From: the human T2T-CHM13v2.0 reference genome, Homo sapiens
Length of the DNA stretch: 64,000 nt
Strand: one strand, 5' to 3'
NCBI RefSeq assembly: GCF_009914755.1
Contig: NC_060932.1
Shown piece by piece: positions 1 through 16,745 of this stretch; the stretch's first letter is position 1, and every line of letters begins with the position of its first letter. A model generated the notes under the pieces. That model saw nothing but the letters and a program-made list of their open reading frames with translations, did no database searches and was not told where the DNA came from. A program made the translations under genes and the position numbers.

Positions 1-349
1 ACATTTCTCCATGGCTGCCTTCCCAGTGTGTTTAACCAAGCACATGTCTGTGCCCACACACTAGATAAGAACTGATCCCAAGCAGTCGAGAAGCTTTCAT
101 CTGCCTTTTGTTTCCACGGTGGCAATGAAGAACAAAGAAAGCCGGGAACTATGCCTAACTATGAGTAACCACAGATGATCTTCAGTAACTGTTCTCATCT
201 TTCCATTGTGGAGGAGATGTCTCATACTGAAGCATGCTTTGCCTACAAAAATAAATACATATTTGACACTTGGAAAACCATATTTCTTTAGAAATATGTC
301 AGTGACCAGTACATCCTGAAGCTAGCATGGTGGGGAATATCCCATGGAT

Positions 350-1060
350 AATTTATTGAGTCACTAAATAAATACTTCTTTAGCGCATATCAAGTGACAG
401 ATATTGTGCTAAATGTTAATCATACAATGATGAAACAAAGATACAAGGTCTCTGCCATCACAAACTCCGTCCAGAGGGAAGAAACAGTAAAATGATAATT
501 ACTGCCCATTGCGATGAGTGCTACAGTTGTACAGAGCCCGGTGGAGAGAGGAAGCGAGCCCAGCCTGGAAGCATTCTATAGAAAACTCCCCAAAAGATGC
601 CCATTTAAGCAAAAAGTTGAAAATTGAGTAGAAATCTACAAAGTGAAGAGTGTGCGTCTGTGTGTTTGTGTGTGTGCAAAAAAAAAAAAGGAGTAAGGTC
701 AGTGTTCCAGGAAAAAAAAACTATGCAAAGGCTCATAAGAAATGAAAATAATTTTAGTAAGGATGCAGTTTAAACCAAGGTTGATAATTTTTAAGAGGTG
801 AAGCTGGAGAGGAAAATAGAAACCAGAAACCAGATCCCAAAAACATTTCCAGCAATATTAAGTTTAAACTTTCTCCTGAGGACAATACTGAGATTATGAA
901 GGTTTTTAAACCAGGGTAATGGCATAATGAGATTTGTATTTTATAAAAATCTCTATAGTTGCCAAGTAGAAAATAGGTTGAAGAGGGAAACCATTTAGGA
1001 CACTCTAAGCTTATAGTAGAGGAATGGATAAGCTTAAAGGTATAGATGCCATTTTAAAAA
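350..1060 (-). mobile_element. Degenerate L2 LINE fragment
   Basis: Resembles the reverse complement of the L2 3' end (tttattgag...gatattgtgctaaatg...); highly diverged, boundaries approximate. Confidence 0.5.
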
Positions 1061-1116
1061 AATATTTGAAGGGAAAGAATTTGATTAGATGGAATAAAAA
1101 AGAGAAAATCATTTAA

Positions 1117-2160
1117 CCTAAGCAAGCAACCTAGCACCCAAATGTTGGTTTCTAATATCATTCTCCAGAAAAAAAGGACTGGAACTCCTTTCAGAAATGG
1201 TTATTTCTAGGACTGAGGCAGGAAATTTACAAAATGAGCCTTGAGCATCTTGTTGTGCTGGAAAATAAGGAAGTACAGAAAAAACCACACACACCCACAC
1301 ACACAGTGATTTGAGTATATCAAAGGCACATGGGAGCCAACAAAAAGAGTTCCCAATAGCAAAATCTAGAGCAATTTGAACAATAAAATAATCACAGTAG
1401 AATTAGATTATAGTATAAACTATAAAATAAATATATCCATGAGTTTATTCAAATATAAATGACTGAATAAACAAAGAGGATAGATAAACCTCACATGCAG
1501 AATTATTTTGAATAATTTATGTAGATACTCCACCCTCAAGGAGGTGAAATATAACTCCCCACTCCTTAAGGCTGGGGTGTGCATAATGAATTCCTTCCAA
1601 AGAGTACAGGATGACTAAGAGTGACCAAGATGATCAACAGCCAGGTGACCAAAGTCAACATCAGCAGCAATAAATCATGGTAATAGTATGCACACTTGAT
1701 ATGATGTGATGAAAATGGGACTTTCCCTCTGTGGTCTTTCTCTCAAAAACACATATCCCAGTCTAATCCTGAGAGAAACATCAGGAAAATTCCAGTCGAG
1801 GAGCATTCTCCAAAATATCTGACCAGTGCTTTCAAAACTATTAAATCGCCAACAACAAGGAAAGCCTATGAAACTGTCACAGCCAAGAGGAGGAGTCTAA
1901 AAATAGGTGATGAATAAATTTAATATAGTATTCTATATGGGATCCTGAAACAGAAAAAGGACACTCAGTAAAAATTAAGGAAATCTGAATAAACTATGGA
2001 CTTTAGTTAATAATAATGTAAAATATTCTCTCATTAATTGTGACAAATGTGAGATGTTAATAACAGGAGAAGCTGGTTGTGGCATATATAAAAACTGTGC
2101 TATCTTCACCATGTTTCAGTAAATCTAAAACTATTCTAAAATAAATTGTTTATTTAGAAG
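1117..2160 (+). mobile_element. Ancient L1 (L1MC-type) 3' end fragment
   Basis: L1MC-like 3' UTR motifs (ggtttctaatatcattctccag, gggatcctgaaacagaaaaaggac, aaatctaaaactattctaaaataaa). Confidence 0.6.
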
Positions 2161-2989
2161 ATAAATAAGACATGGATAGGAATGAAAATTTTAAGTTATT
2201 GAGATAAGAAAGAACCTAACTTTACTAAGCAAGCAGTATTTGAGGGCAGAATTAAGGTTTTAGGAAAAACCATGACATAATCAATATTGTGTTTAAGGAA
2301 GTTTTGTTTGATGGATTAGAGAGAAGAATATATAAAACTAAATAGAACACACAGAAAATATAGGTCCATTGCAGTGATGGTCTTTATTTGAATAAACATT
2401 TGTAAAAATGGAGAAGAAAATATCTATAGAAGAGAAACTTTATGTCCAGCCATATTGTTGCCTGGGGAAAAGAATTCTTAGCCTAAAAACTGGAGCACCT
2501 TAGGATGAAAGTATTCAAGGAAATGCCTGATTGAGATATAACTGAAATGCTTCAAGTTTGGATGTAACATCTCCAACACTGGCTGAGATTCATACAGAGA
2601 GGTGAGCTAAATACAACTGAGTGATAATTCATGGCAGGTGCAATTTTCATATGAGATACAAATGCATTAAAACCAAAATTATCTTTGAATAAACTTAAAT
2701 CATCCATAAAGTATAGTATTCACAGTTGTATGTATATAACCATATACAGTAATATGTATATATAATGTATATAGCAATGTAACAATAATACAACAAAGTG
2801 ATACACAGATAATACACTTATTTACCACTAGAATCATAATCTCCTTATTGTGAGTTATTCACACCATAATAGATAAGCATCTCCTTTGTAATAATTTCAC
2901 ACAAAGAAGTGTCTCCATTATAAACTACTAATATATAGGTCCTAATATATATTATAAACCATTAATATATAGAAATCAGTGAGGACTGG

Positions 2990-3365
2990 TTTTGTTGTGT
3001 TTTCAATTTTATATATTCTGAAAATTTTTGCTTTTTAAGTGTTTAATTCACTTATAATTAATGTAACTACTAAGATGATTAAATTTAGGATTTCCATTTT
3101 CACTACTTGTTTTCTGTTTATCTCATCTATTTTTTGCTTCTCTGTTCCTCTCTTCGTGCTTTTTTTCATGTAATTTAATTTTTTAGACTATCATTTTTAT
3201 TTATCAGTTACCTTTTTAGCTATATTTCTTTGTATTTCATGGTGGTTTCTCTAAGTATTATTGTAAACATACTTTAACTTTTTATTCTACTTAGAATTAA
3301 TATTGTATCACTTTCCATAAAGTATAAAAACCTTACAGTCTTATTCTTTATGTGATAGTTGTCAA
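2990..3365 (-). mobile_element. Ancient L1 (L1ME/MD-like) fragment, left part of a host element
   Basis: T-rich L1 antisense pattern that appears to continue at about 14075. Confidence 0.4.
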
Positions 3366-3947
3366 TTTTATTAATATTTAATCAACTTTATAGTCGATTA
3401 TATAGTTGACAGTGTAATTTATATTAACCAATTTAAAATAAGAAGTATCCATTTAATAAATTGTATTTATTGTTGTCAATTTAATTTAATTTGTCTAGAG
3501 GCAAATAAGGACATTTCATTATGATAATACAGTCAATTCATCAGCTATAAACATATATGTACCTAAGAATAGAGCCCCAAAAGTACATAAAGCAAAAGCT
3601 GATAGAATTTAAAGGAGAAATAGATCATTCAACTTTAATAGTTAGAGACTTCACTACTCCACTTTCAATATGGATAGAACGATTAGCAAAAGATCAACAA
3701 GAAATAAAAGGCTTGAACAACATGATAAACCAAGTAAACCTTAGAGACATCTGTAGAACACTTCACTCGTAAAAAACAGTATACATATTCTTCTCAAGTG
3801 CACATGAATCATTCTCTAGGACAAATCATATGTTTGGCCATAAAACATGTCTTAATAAATTGAAATGGATTAAAATCAGATAAGTATATTCTTTAACCAT
3901 AATGGAACAAAATTAGAAATCAGTAAAAAAAAGAAATTTGAGAGTCT

Positions 3948-4853
3948 GGGGGGAGGAGCCAAGATGGCCTAATAGGAACAGCTCCGGTCTACAGCTCCCA
4001 GCGTGAGCGACGCAGAAGACGGGTGATTTCTGCATTTCCATCCGAGGTACCAGGTTCATCTCACTAGGGAGTGCCAGACAGTGGGCGCAGGTCAGTGGGT
4101 GCGCCCACCGTGCGTGAGCTGAAGCAGGGCGAGGCATTGCCTCACTTGGGAAGCGCAAAGGGTCAGGGAGTTCCCTTTCCGAGTCAAAGAAAGGGGTGAC
4201 AGACAGCACCTGGAAAATCGGGTCACTCCCACCCGAATACTGCGCTTTTCTGACGGGCTTAAAACACGGCGCACCACAAGATTATATCCCGCACCTGGCT
4301 CGGAGGGTCCTACACCCACGGAGTCTAGCTGATTGCTAGCACAGCAGTCTGAGATCAAACTGCAAGGTGGCAGCGAGGCTGGGGGAGGGGCGCCCACCAT
4401 TGCCCAGGCTTGATTAGGTAAACAAAGCAGCTGGGAAGCTCGAACTGGGTGGAGCCCACCACAGCTCAAGGACGCCTGCCTGTCTCTGTAGGCTCCACCT
4501 CTGGGGGCAGGGCACAGACAAACAAAAAGACAGCACTAACTTCTGCAGACTTAAATGTCCCTGTCTGACAGCTTTGAAGAGAGCAGTGGTTCTCCCAGCA
4601 CGCAGCTGGAGATCTGAGAACGGACAGACTGCCTCCTCAAGTGGGACCCTGACCCCTGACCCCCGAGCAGCCTAACTGGGAGGCACCCCCAAGCAGGGGC
4701 ACACTGACACCTCACACGCAGGGTATTCCAACAGACCTGCAGCTGAGGGTCCTGTCTGTTAGAAGGAAAACTAACAAACAGAAAGGACATCCACACCAAA
4801 AACCATCTGTACATCACCATCATCAAAGACCAAAAGTAGATAAAACCACAAAG
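3948..4853 (+). promoter_or_regulatory. L1 5' UTR internal sense promoter and antisense promoter region
   Basis: CpG-richer L1 5' UTR with intact YY1 motif CAAGATGGC; the bidirectional promoter is established for primate L1. Confidence 0.75.
4092..4400 (-). CDS. L1 ORF0-like antisense ORF (MVGAPPPASLPPCSLISDCC..., 102 aa)
   Basis: ATG at 4400 (minus strand); N-terminus matches primate L1 ORF0; open to a stop at 4092; expression unproven. Confidence 0.55.
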   Translation of the reverse strand: MVGAPPPASLPPCSLISDCCASNQLDSVGVGPSEPGAGYNLVVRRVLSPSEKRSIRVGVTRFSRCCLSPLSLTRKGNSLTLCASQVRQCLALLQLTHGGRTH

Positions 4854-5870
4854 ATGGGGAAAAAACAGAACAGAAAAACTGGAAACTCTAAAAAGCAGAG
4901 TGCCTCTCCTCCGCCAAAGGAACGCAGTTCCTCACCAGCAACGGAACAAAGCTGGATGGAGAATGACTTTGACGAGCTGAGAGAAGGCGGCTTCAGACGA
5001 TCAAATTACTCTGAGCTATGGGAGGACATTCAAACCAAAGGCAAAGAACTTGAAAACTTTGAAAAAAATTTAGAAGAACGTATAACTAGAATAACCAATA
5101 CAGAGAAGTGCTTAAAGGAGCTGATGGAGCTGAAAACCAAGGCTCAAGAGCTACGTGAAGAATGCAGAAGCCTCAGGAGCCGATGCGATCAACTGGAAGA
5201 AAGGGTATCAGCAATGGAAGATGAAATGAATGAAATGAAGCAAGAAGGGAAGTTTAGAGAAAAAAGAATAAAAAGAAATGAGCAAAGCCTCCAAGAAATA
5301 TGGGACTATGTGAAAAGACCAAATCTACGTCTGATTGGTGTACCGGAAAGTGATGGGGAGAATGGAACCAAGTTGGAAAACACGCTGCAGGATATTGTCC
5401 AGGAGAACTTCCCCAATCTAGCAAGGCAGGCCAACGTTCAGATTCAGGAAATACAGAGAACGCCACAAAGATACTCCTCGAGAAGAGCAACTCCAAGACA
5501 CATAATTGTCAGATTCACCAAAGTTGAAATGAAGGAAAAAATGTTAAGGGCAGCCAGAGAGAAAGGTCGGGTTACCCTCAAAGGGAAGCCCATCAGACTA
5601 ACAGCAGATCTCTCGGCAGAAACCCTACAAGCCAGAAGAGAGTGGGGGCCAATATTCAACATTCTTAAAGAAAAGAATTTTCAACCCAGAATTTCATATC
5701 CAGCCAAACTAAGCTTCATAAGTGAAGGAGAAATAAAATACTTTACAGACAAGCAAATGCTGAGAGATTTTGTCACCACCAGGCCTGCCCTAAAACAGCT
5801 CCTGAAGGAAGTGCTAAATATGGAAAGGAACAACTGGTACCAGCTGCTGCAAAATCATGCCAAAATGTAA
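4854..5870 (+). CDS. L1 ORF1p (338 aa), intact RNA-binding/chaperone protein
   Basis: Full-length 338-aa ORF; conserved REKG, ARR and YPAKLS motifs retained. Confidence 0.93.
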   Translation: MGKKQNRKTGNSKKQSASPPPKERSSSPATEQSWMENDFDELREGGFRRSNYSELWEDIQTKGKELENFEKNLEERITRITNTEKCLKELMELKTKAQELREECRSLRSRCDQLEERVSAMEDEMNEMKQEGKFREKRIKRNEQSLQEIWDYVKRPNLRLIGVPESDGENGTKLENTLQDIVQENFPNLARQANVQIQEIQRTPQRYSSRRATPRHIIVRFTKVEMKEKMLRAAREKGRVTLKGKPIRLTADLSAETLQARREWGPIFNILKEKNFQPRISYPAKLSFISEGEIKYFTDKQMLRDFVTTRPALKQLLKEVLNMERNNWYQLLQNHAKM

Positions 5871-5918
5871 AGACCATCTAGACTAGGAAGAAACTGCATC
5901 AACTAACGAGCAAAATAA

Positions 5919-9765
<3,847 letters not shown>

Positions 9766-10799
9766 ACAATGAGATCACATGGACACAGGAAGGGGAATAT
9801 CACACTCTGGGGACCGTTGTGGGGTGGGGGGAGGGGTGAGGGATAGCATTGGGAGATATACCTAATGTTAGATGACGAGTTAGTGGGTGCAGTGCACCAG
9901 CATGGCACATGTATACATATGTAACTAACCTGCACAATGTGCACTTGTACACTAAAACTTAAAGTATAATAATAATAATAAAAAAGAAATTTGAGAAATC
10001 CAAAAATAAGTAGAAATTGAACCACACACTCTTAAATAACCAATAGATCAAGTTACAAATAAAAATGGACAGCAAAAAATATACTGAGATAAATGAAAAT
10101 GAAAACGATATATCCAAACTTACAGGATGCAGCAAAAGGAGTACTTGAAGGGATATTTATAACTATAAATAAAACATTTAAAAACATAAGAAAGATCTCA
10201 ATTCAATAACTAAACTTCTATCTTAAAAACTAGAAATAGAGCAAAATACTCAATGAAAAAACTCAATGAAAGCAGAAGGAAGGAAATAATACATTAGAAT
10301 AGAAGAAGATGAAATAGATTATAGAAAAACAATAATGGAAGTCAACAAAACTGAAAGTTGATTATTTGAAAAGATCAACAAAACTGATAAATATCTAGCT
10401 AAATTGACAAGAAAGAGATAACTCACAAATTACTAAACTAAAAAATGAAAGAGAGGACATCACTAATGATCTTACTAATGATCTTACAGAAATAGAAAGG
10501 ATTGTTAGTTAATACTATGGAAAATTGCATGCCAATAAATAAGACAACCTACTTAAAACAGATAAATTCATAGAAGAAAGAAACTACCAAAACTGACTCA
10601 GGAAAAAATAGAATGTGTGAGTAGACTTATAACAAGTAGAGACACTGACTTATAAATCAAAAATATTTCATACAAAAAAAGAGTCAGACTGGATGGCTTC
10701 ATTGGTGAATTCTACTATTTTAAGAAAAGTTAACACCAATCCTTCACAAAGTCTTTCTAAAAACAGGAAAAGAGGAAATGCTTCCCAACTCACTCTATA

Positions 10800-11344
10800 A
10801 GTTGCTGTCATATAAATGAGCCAAAGATGGCCCCTGTATGTTGGCCCCGGGTTGGTTCCTCCTTCATAGCAGGCTGAGATCTGTTAGCACAAAATCCACC
10901 AGAACCAAATTCAAATTTTTTATGCATTCATTTGTATTAAATAGAGCCAGGTAAGCAGATTTTTGTCACATTGAGCCTGCCTGTTTTGCATAACCTGTGA
11001 AACTGTGCTCAACATCTGCTAGTCATAGGCAAAATAAATCTTGTAGCTATAAAAGATGCAAAGCCACCACTGCCTTCATGGCTCTCTAGCCCAGAGACTC
11101 CCTGCCATGCTGCTGAGCACCATTACCTATACAGTCAAGTCCCCTCTCTGATTATCTTCTCCTTTAGAAGTTTCCTGAACCTCCTCCTGTTCTGGATAGT
11201 GGTCCTCACACTGTAGCCTGTGAAATGCATGCAATGAGGCACTTCCCTTGCATACAAGCCTATCAAAGCATCACATACATAAAGCTCATGTGTGCTGCTG
11301 GTCATATCTTTTTCATTGTTTAACCCTGAAATTTCACAAATTCA
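10800..11344 (+). mobile_element. Solo LTR (ERVL-like) inserted in the old L1 ORF2
   Basis: Non-L1 ~545-bp block ending in ...TTCA and flanked by the 5-bp TSD CTATA (10795-10799 and 11345-11349); L1 sequence rejoins across it; family not determined. Confidence 0.65.
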
Positions 11345-13559
11345 CTATAGGTCTGTATTACCCTGATACCAACACCATATAAAGTCATCACACAAAAAAA
11401 GAAAACTACAGACCAACATTTCTAATAAAAATAGACATCAAAATTCTCAACAAAATGCTAGCAAACTAAATCCAGAAACCTAAAAATGATAATGCCCTAT
11501 AACCAAGTGGAAGTTACACCAGGAATGCAAGGTTGGTTTAACGTATGAAAATCAATAAATGTAATTCATGGAATAAATTAAAGATAAAAATCGCCTGATC
11601 ATCTCAATGGATAAAGAAAAGGCATTTGACACAGCACAACACCCTTTCATGCTGAAAACACTCAACAAACTGTAATAGAAAATTCCTCCTGATAAAGAGT
11701 ATTTAAGAAAAAAATCCACAGCTGACATCATACTTCATAGTGATAATTAAAAGCTTCCTCCCTAAGATCAGAAATAAGACAAGTATGCCCATGCTTGCCA
11801 CTTCTATTCAAGATTGTGCTGGAGGCTCTGGCCAGTACCGTTAGGAAAGAAACTTAAATAAAAGGCATCCATATTGGAAAAGAAGTAGTAAAACTCTCTA
11901 TTGGGAGATAACATGATGTTGTATTTAGAAAATCCTAAGGAATACCTACACACACACACACACACACACACACAGCACATAAAACCATTAGAGCTAGGAA
12001 ATATGTTCTGCAAGGTTGCAAGATACAAGATTTATATTTAAAATACAATTATATTTCTACATATTTACAATGAGCAATCCAAAAATAAAATTAAGATAAC
12101 AATTCCACTTGCAATTGTGTAAAAAAATTAGGAATAAGTTTAACAAAACACATGCAAGACTTACACACTGAAACCTATAACATATTGTTGAAAGAAAACC
12201 TAAATAAATGAAAAGTCATTTTGTGTTCATAAATTGGAAGGCTTAATATTGCTGAAATGGCAATATTCCTCAAAATTATCTACAGAGTCAACACAATCCC
12301 TACCAAAATCCTAGCTGCCTTTTTGGAGAAATTGACAATGTGGCTCTAAAATTCATATGAAAATTTAAAAAAACCCAAAACACCAAAAAAGTCTGGAAAA
12401 AAAAAAAGAACAAAATTGGAGAACTGACACTTTTTGAGTTTAAAACTTACTACAATGCTACAGTAATCAAGATTGTGCGGTGTTGCAGAAAAAAAAAAGA
12501 CATATGAATTAATGGAATAGAATTGATAGGCCAGAAATAGACCCATACATTTATGGTCCATTGAGTTTCAGCAAAGGTGCCATGACAATGCAATAAGAGA
12601 AGTCTTTTCAACAAATGGTACCATTACAACTAAATTCCACATGCAAAAGAATAAAGTTGGATTCTTACTTCAAATCACATACAAAAATTAAGCCAAAATG
12701 AATCAAAGACATAAATGTAAGAAGTAAAACTATGAAACTCTTAGAATAAAATTTTGAGGTAAATCTTTGTGACAATTAGATTAGGCAATATTTCCTTCAA
12801 TGTGATAAAAAAATGCAAACAACAACAACAGAAAATATATAGAAATGGAACTTAATTAAAATTTAAAATGTCTGTGCTTCAAATGCTATGGTTAAATTGA
12901 AAGATTGTCCACAGAATGAGAGACAAAATTGAAAATCATATATCTGATAAGAATCCAGTATCCAGACTACATAAAAATCTATTACAACTCAACAATAAAA
13001 GGCAAATAACTCAATTGAAGACCAAGTAAAGGATATGAATAGGTATTTCTCCCAGAAGAACTACAAATGTTCAATAAACACATGAAAAGACACAATCTCA
13101 TTAGCCATCAGGAAAAAAGTAAATCAAAGCCACAGTGACTTACTATGTCATATTCTAGGATAGGCAGAATAAAGAAGGTAGATAATAAGTGTTGACAAAG
13201 ATGTATACGAATTGGAACACTTATACATTGCTGGTGGGAATGTAAAATGGTGCAATCACTTTTGCAAACACTTTGCAATTACTTAATAAGTTAAATATAG
13301 GGTTATCATATGACCCAGCAATTCTACTCCTAGGCATATATTCAAGAGAACTGATAGCATATATCCACACAAAAACTTTTCCATGAATGTACCTAGCAGT
13401 ATTATTCATAAGTCAAAGTATAGAAACAACTTAATGTCCACCAATGAATAAACAAAAAGTGTACCTACATAATAAAATATCATTAAATAATAAAAATGAA
13501 TGATGTACTGATACATGCTACAAAATAAATGACCCTTAAACACATTATGCTAAATATCT

Positions 13560-13670
13560 GAAGTGAAGAATGTCGAGACTACCTTGATTTGATCATTACA
13601 GGCAGCATGCATATATCAAAAAAAACCTCTACCCCATAAATATGTACAACTATTATGTATCAATAAAAAA
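13560..13670 (+). mobile_element. Short L1MA-type 3' terminus inserted in the older L1 3' UTR
   Basis: ccttgatttgatcattaca...cccataaatatgtacaactattatgtatcaataaaaaa resembles an L1MA 3' end. Confidence 0.55.
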
Positions 13671-13899
13671 GGGACACAAAAGGCACATATTTTACATTTA
13701 CATTTATATAAAATGTCCAAAATAGGCAAGCCCACAGAGATAAAACCTAGACTAGTGGTTGCTTGGGGCTATGGTGAGGGAATAATGGGAAATGGTGAAA
13801 TACCCTAAAATTAATTTTGTTCACAGTTGCACAATCTCATGAATATACTAAAAACCAGTGAAATGTATACTTCAAAATGGTAAATGTTATGGTGTGTGA

Positions 13900-14073
<174 letters not shown>

Positions 14074-14525
14074 TAAAGGAGTCATAAAAATCGTATGTAT
14101 TTTAAAGAAATTAAGAACAAAGAAAGCGTGTTATGCTAATACACGTATTTATCATTCCTGGTCATTTTCCATCCTTTTTGAAGATCTGATTTTTCTTCTG
14201 GTATTTCAGTATAGCCTGAAGAACTTCTTTCAGCATTTCCAGTACTACAGATGTGCTGGGCAACAAATTCTTTAGTTTTTGTTGATTTAAAAATGTCATT
14301 ATTACACCTTTATTCTTGAAGAATATTTTCACTGATTAACAGGCTTTTTTTTTTCTTGCAGTACTTTAAAGAGTTTCACTCAATCCTGGATTTAATTTTT
14401 TGTTTTAATGAGAAATCAGTTATCATTCATATTGTTGCTGACATCTATATAATGTGTAATTTTTCTCTGACTGCTTTCAAGATTTCCTCTTTCTCCTTGG
14501 TCTTCAGCAATTTGACCATTATGTA

Positions 14526-14724
14526 CAGTAAGTTCTCACTTAATGTTGTCAATATGCTCTTAGAAATTGTGACTTTAATGAGACAATGTATAAAGAAATG
14601 ATTTTTTTCTCATCAACAAAACAAAGTTGAACAAAATGATCTTCTTCAAGGACTTGCTGTAGGGCTTTCGCTTAAAGTCTCAGTTTCCAAGAACTTATTG
14701 AAGATGTTAAGTGAGGAATTAATG
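14526..14724. mobile_element. Tc1/mariner-Tigger MITE (MER6-like)
   Basis: Terminal inverted repeats CAGTAAGTTCTCACTTAA ... TTAAGTGAGGAATTAATG, flanked by TA. Confidence 0.75.
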
Positions 14725-15506
14725 TATGTAATAATTTTAGGTGTAGTTTTCTTTATATTTATCTTACTTAGGATTCATGAGCTTCTTAAACATGCAAATG
14801 TGTTTCTTTCACATATGAAAGACTTTTGACATTGTCCCACACACAGTGTTTTAATTTTTAAAAATATTTTTCTCTGTGTTCTTGAGATTAGATAGTACCT
14901 ATTTAATTTCAAGTTCACTCTCTTTAAATCCAATTCATGTTATAAACTCCATGTATATTTTTCACTTTGAATATTTTATTTTTCAGATTCTCTTGGCTCT
15001 TTTTGTTTCTATTGCTGATTAATGTTCTATTCCCTAACTCACTGTGAGTATACTTTCCTTTATATCCTTGAGCATAATTATAATAGCTACTTTTAAATCC
15101 TCGCATTCTATTAGCTGGATTATCTCAGTATTAGTCTCTATTGATTGCTTGTTCTCTTGAGCATGAGTCACATTTCCTAGTTCCTCCTATGCATATTAAT
15201 GTAAGACTGCATCTGAATATTATGAATGATACATTGTATAAACTTTGGATTCTCTTATATTCCTCCAGAACATCGATTTTGAAAGCCGGCAGCAAACTTA
15301 GGTGAAGTCAAACTCCAAATTCTGTTCCCCTGTGATGTGTGTGTGGTAGCGGTGGTGTGGGAATTGGGATGGGGCATGGGGGGTTGGGAGGTGTGTGTGA
15401 AGCAGCTGAAATTGCTGCTCAGTACTTTTAGCTTGAGCTAAGATGTCTGGCGTTGGCTCCATTGGTACATTGTTTAGTTATCAAGGACAGGTTTAGGCAG
15501 CGTTAG

Positions 15507-15512
<6 letters not shown>

Positions 15513-15551
<39 letters not shown>
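15513..15551. repeat. (CA)n microsatellite
   Basis: About 19 uninterrupted AC units. Confidence 0.95.
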
Positions 15552-15557
<6 letters not shown>

Positions 15558-16569
15558 AAACTCTGATTTTCCCCTTTCTTGAATTTTTGGCTTTACTTTC
15601 CAGTGCTATGGTTCCCCAGAGCTCTCTCCTTTGGTCTTCAAGCCAGTAAGACTGTGGGTTTTTACCTATATTCCAGCCAGCCAGCTTGCTGCTGACTGGA
15701 TCAGCCCTGAGGAAAATAGCCACAAAAACTGGAAAACTCACTCAATGTTCTTTCCTTATTCCAAATGTTCACCTCCCTCCAGTTTCTGCCTGGTTTTGAT
15801 TGCTCCCCATTGTCTTCAAGTAGATGATTTTTATATTTTCTCCAGAGTTTACAAATATTATCAGTAGAAGGGTTGGTCTGATTACTCTAGCATTAGTAGA
15901 AATGGATCCCCAAGACGTGGTTGCAGCAATGGTGACTTCCATTCGCATGGTAACCACACTTGGAAAATATGAGTGACAATTAGAAACAACATATATGATC
16001 AGGAATCATGGGTGGGTACATGAGTGTGTGCATGTGCTGCAGATGCCAAGACCACTGACGACTCCACTAAATAACCTTTACATCTAAAAGCTGAAAATAT
16101 AAAACTCCTAAGTGTGCACTTTAAAGTGAAGGAGATTATGAAACGGAAACGAGATGAGGGCAGGAGTCAATAAATTTAGTAGACATTGCCCCTTGAGGGT
16201 AGAGAGCAAGTTTTAGGCATGAGGGAGTGCGTTGAGACACCTCCAAAGTTCCTCATATGTTGTTTTGCTTAGGGCCACAAGTCAACATACAGTTTGTCCA
16301 GACTCAAGCCAAATCATAATAAAAAGCTCTTTGCTATGAACATATAGCTGCCTTGAGTCCTTGCATTGCCCCTGGATGCAGAAGTCCAGGGGTGGTCAAA
16401 CAGAATGGAGAGGGGACAAAATAAACCTTTTTTTGTGGTCCCAGGGTAGGGTCAGTGCATCATTAAACATAAGCTTGAACAATCTGATATTTCACGTATT
16501 CTGGAGGTGCAATTATTCACAATCGAAGTTCACAGACTCACAATTTATTGTTCCTCTGTGGTACAGACT

Positions 16570-16745
16570 GACCTAGAAGGAAACTAGATGGACTACAATG
16601 CTAAAAGAGATCACCTATCCCAACACCTTCGTTTCTGAGAGGAGACTGAGGCCCAGAGAGATGAAGCAACTCATCAAGGTCTCACAGTTACTTAGTAGGA
16701 AAAGCAGGACTCAGATTTAGGGCTTATGACCCTGAATCCACTACG
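16570..16745 (-). mobile_element. MIR SINE
   Basis: Core gaggagactgaggcccagagagatgaagcaactcatcaaggtctcacag. Confidence 0.7.

Larger units (their letters stand above)
14075..15890 (-). mobile_element. Ancient L1 (L1ME/MD-like) antisense remnant
   Basis: Typical L1M antisense ORF1-region sequence; interrupted by a MITE and a (CA)n repeat. Confidence 0.55.
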
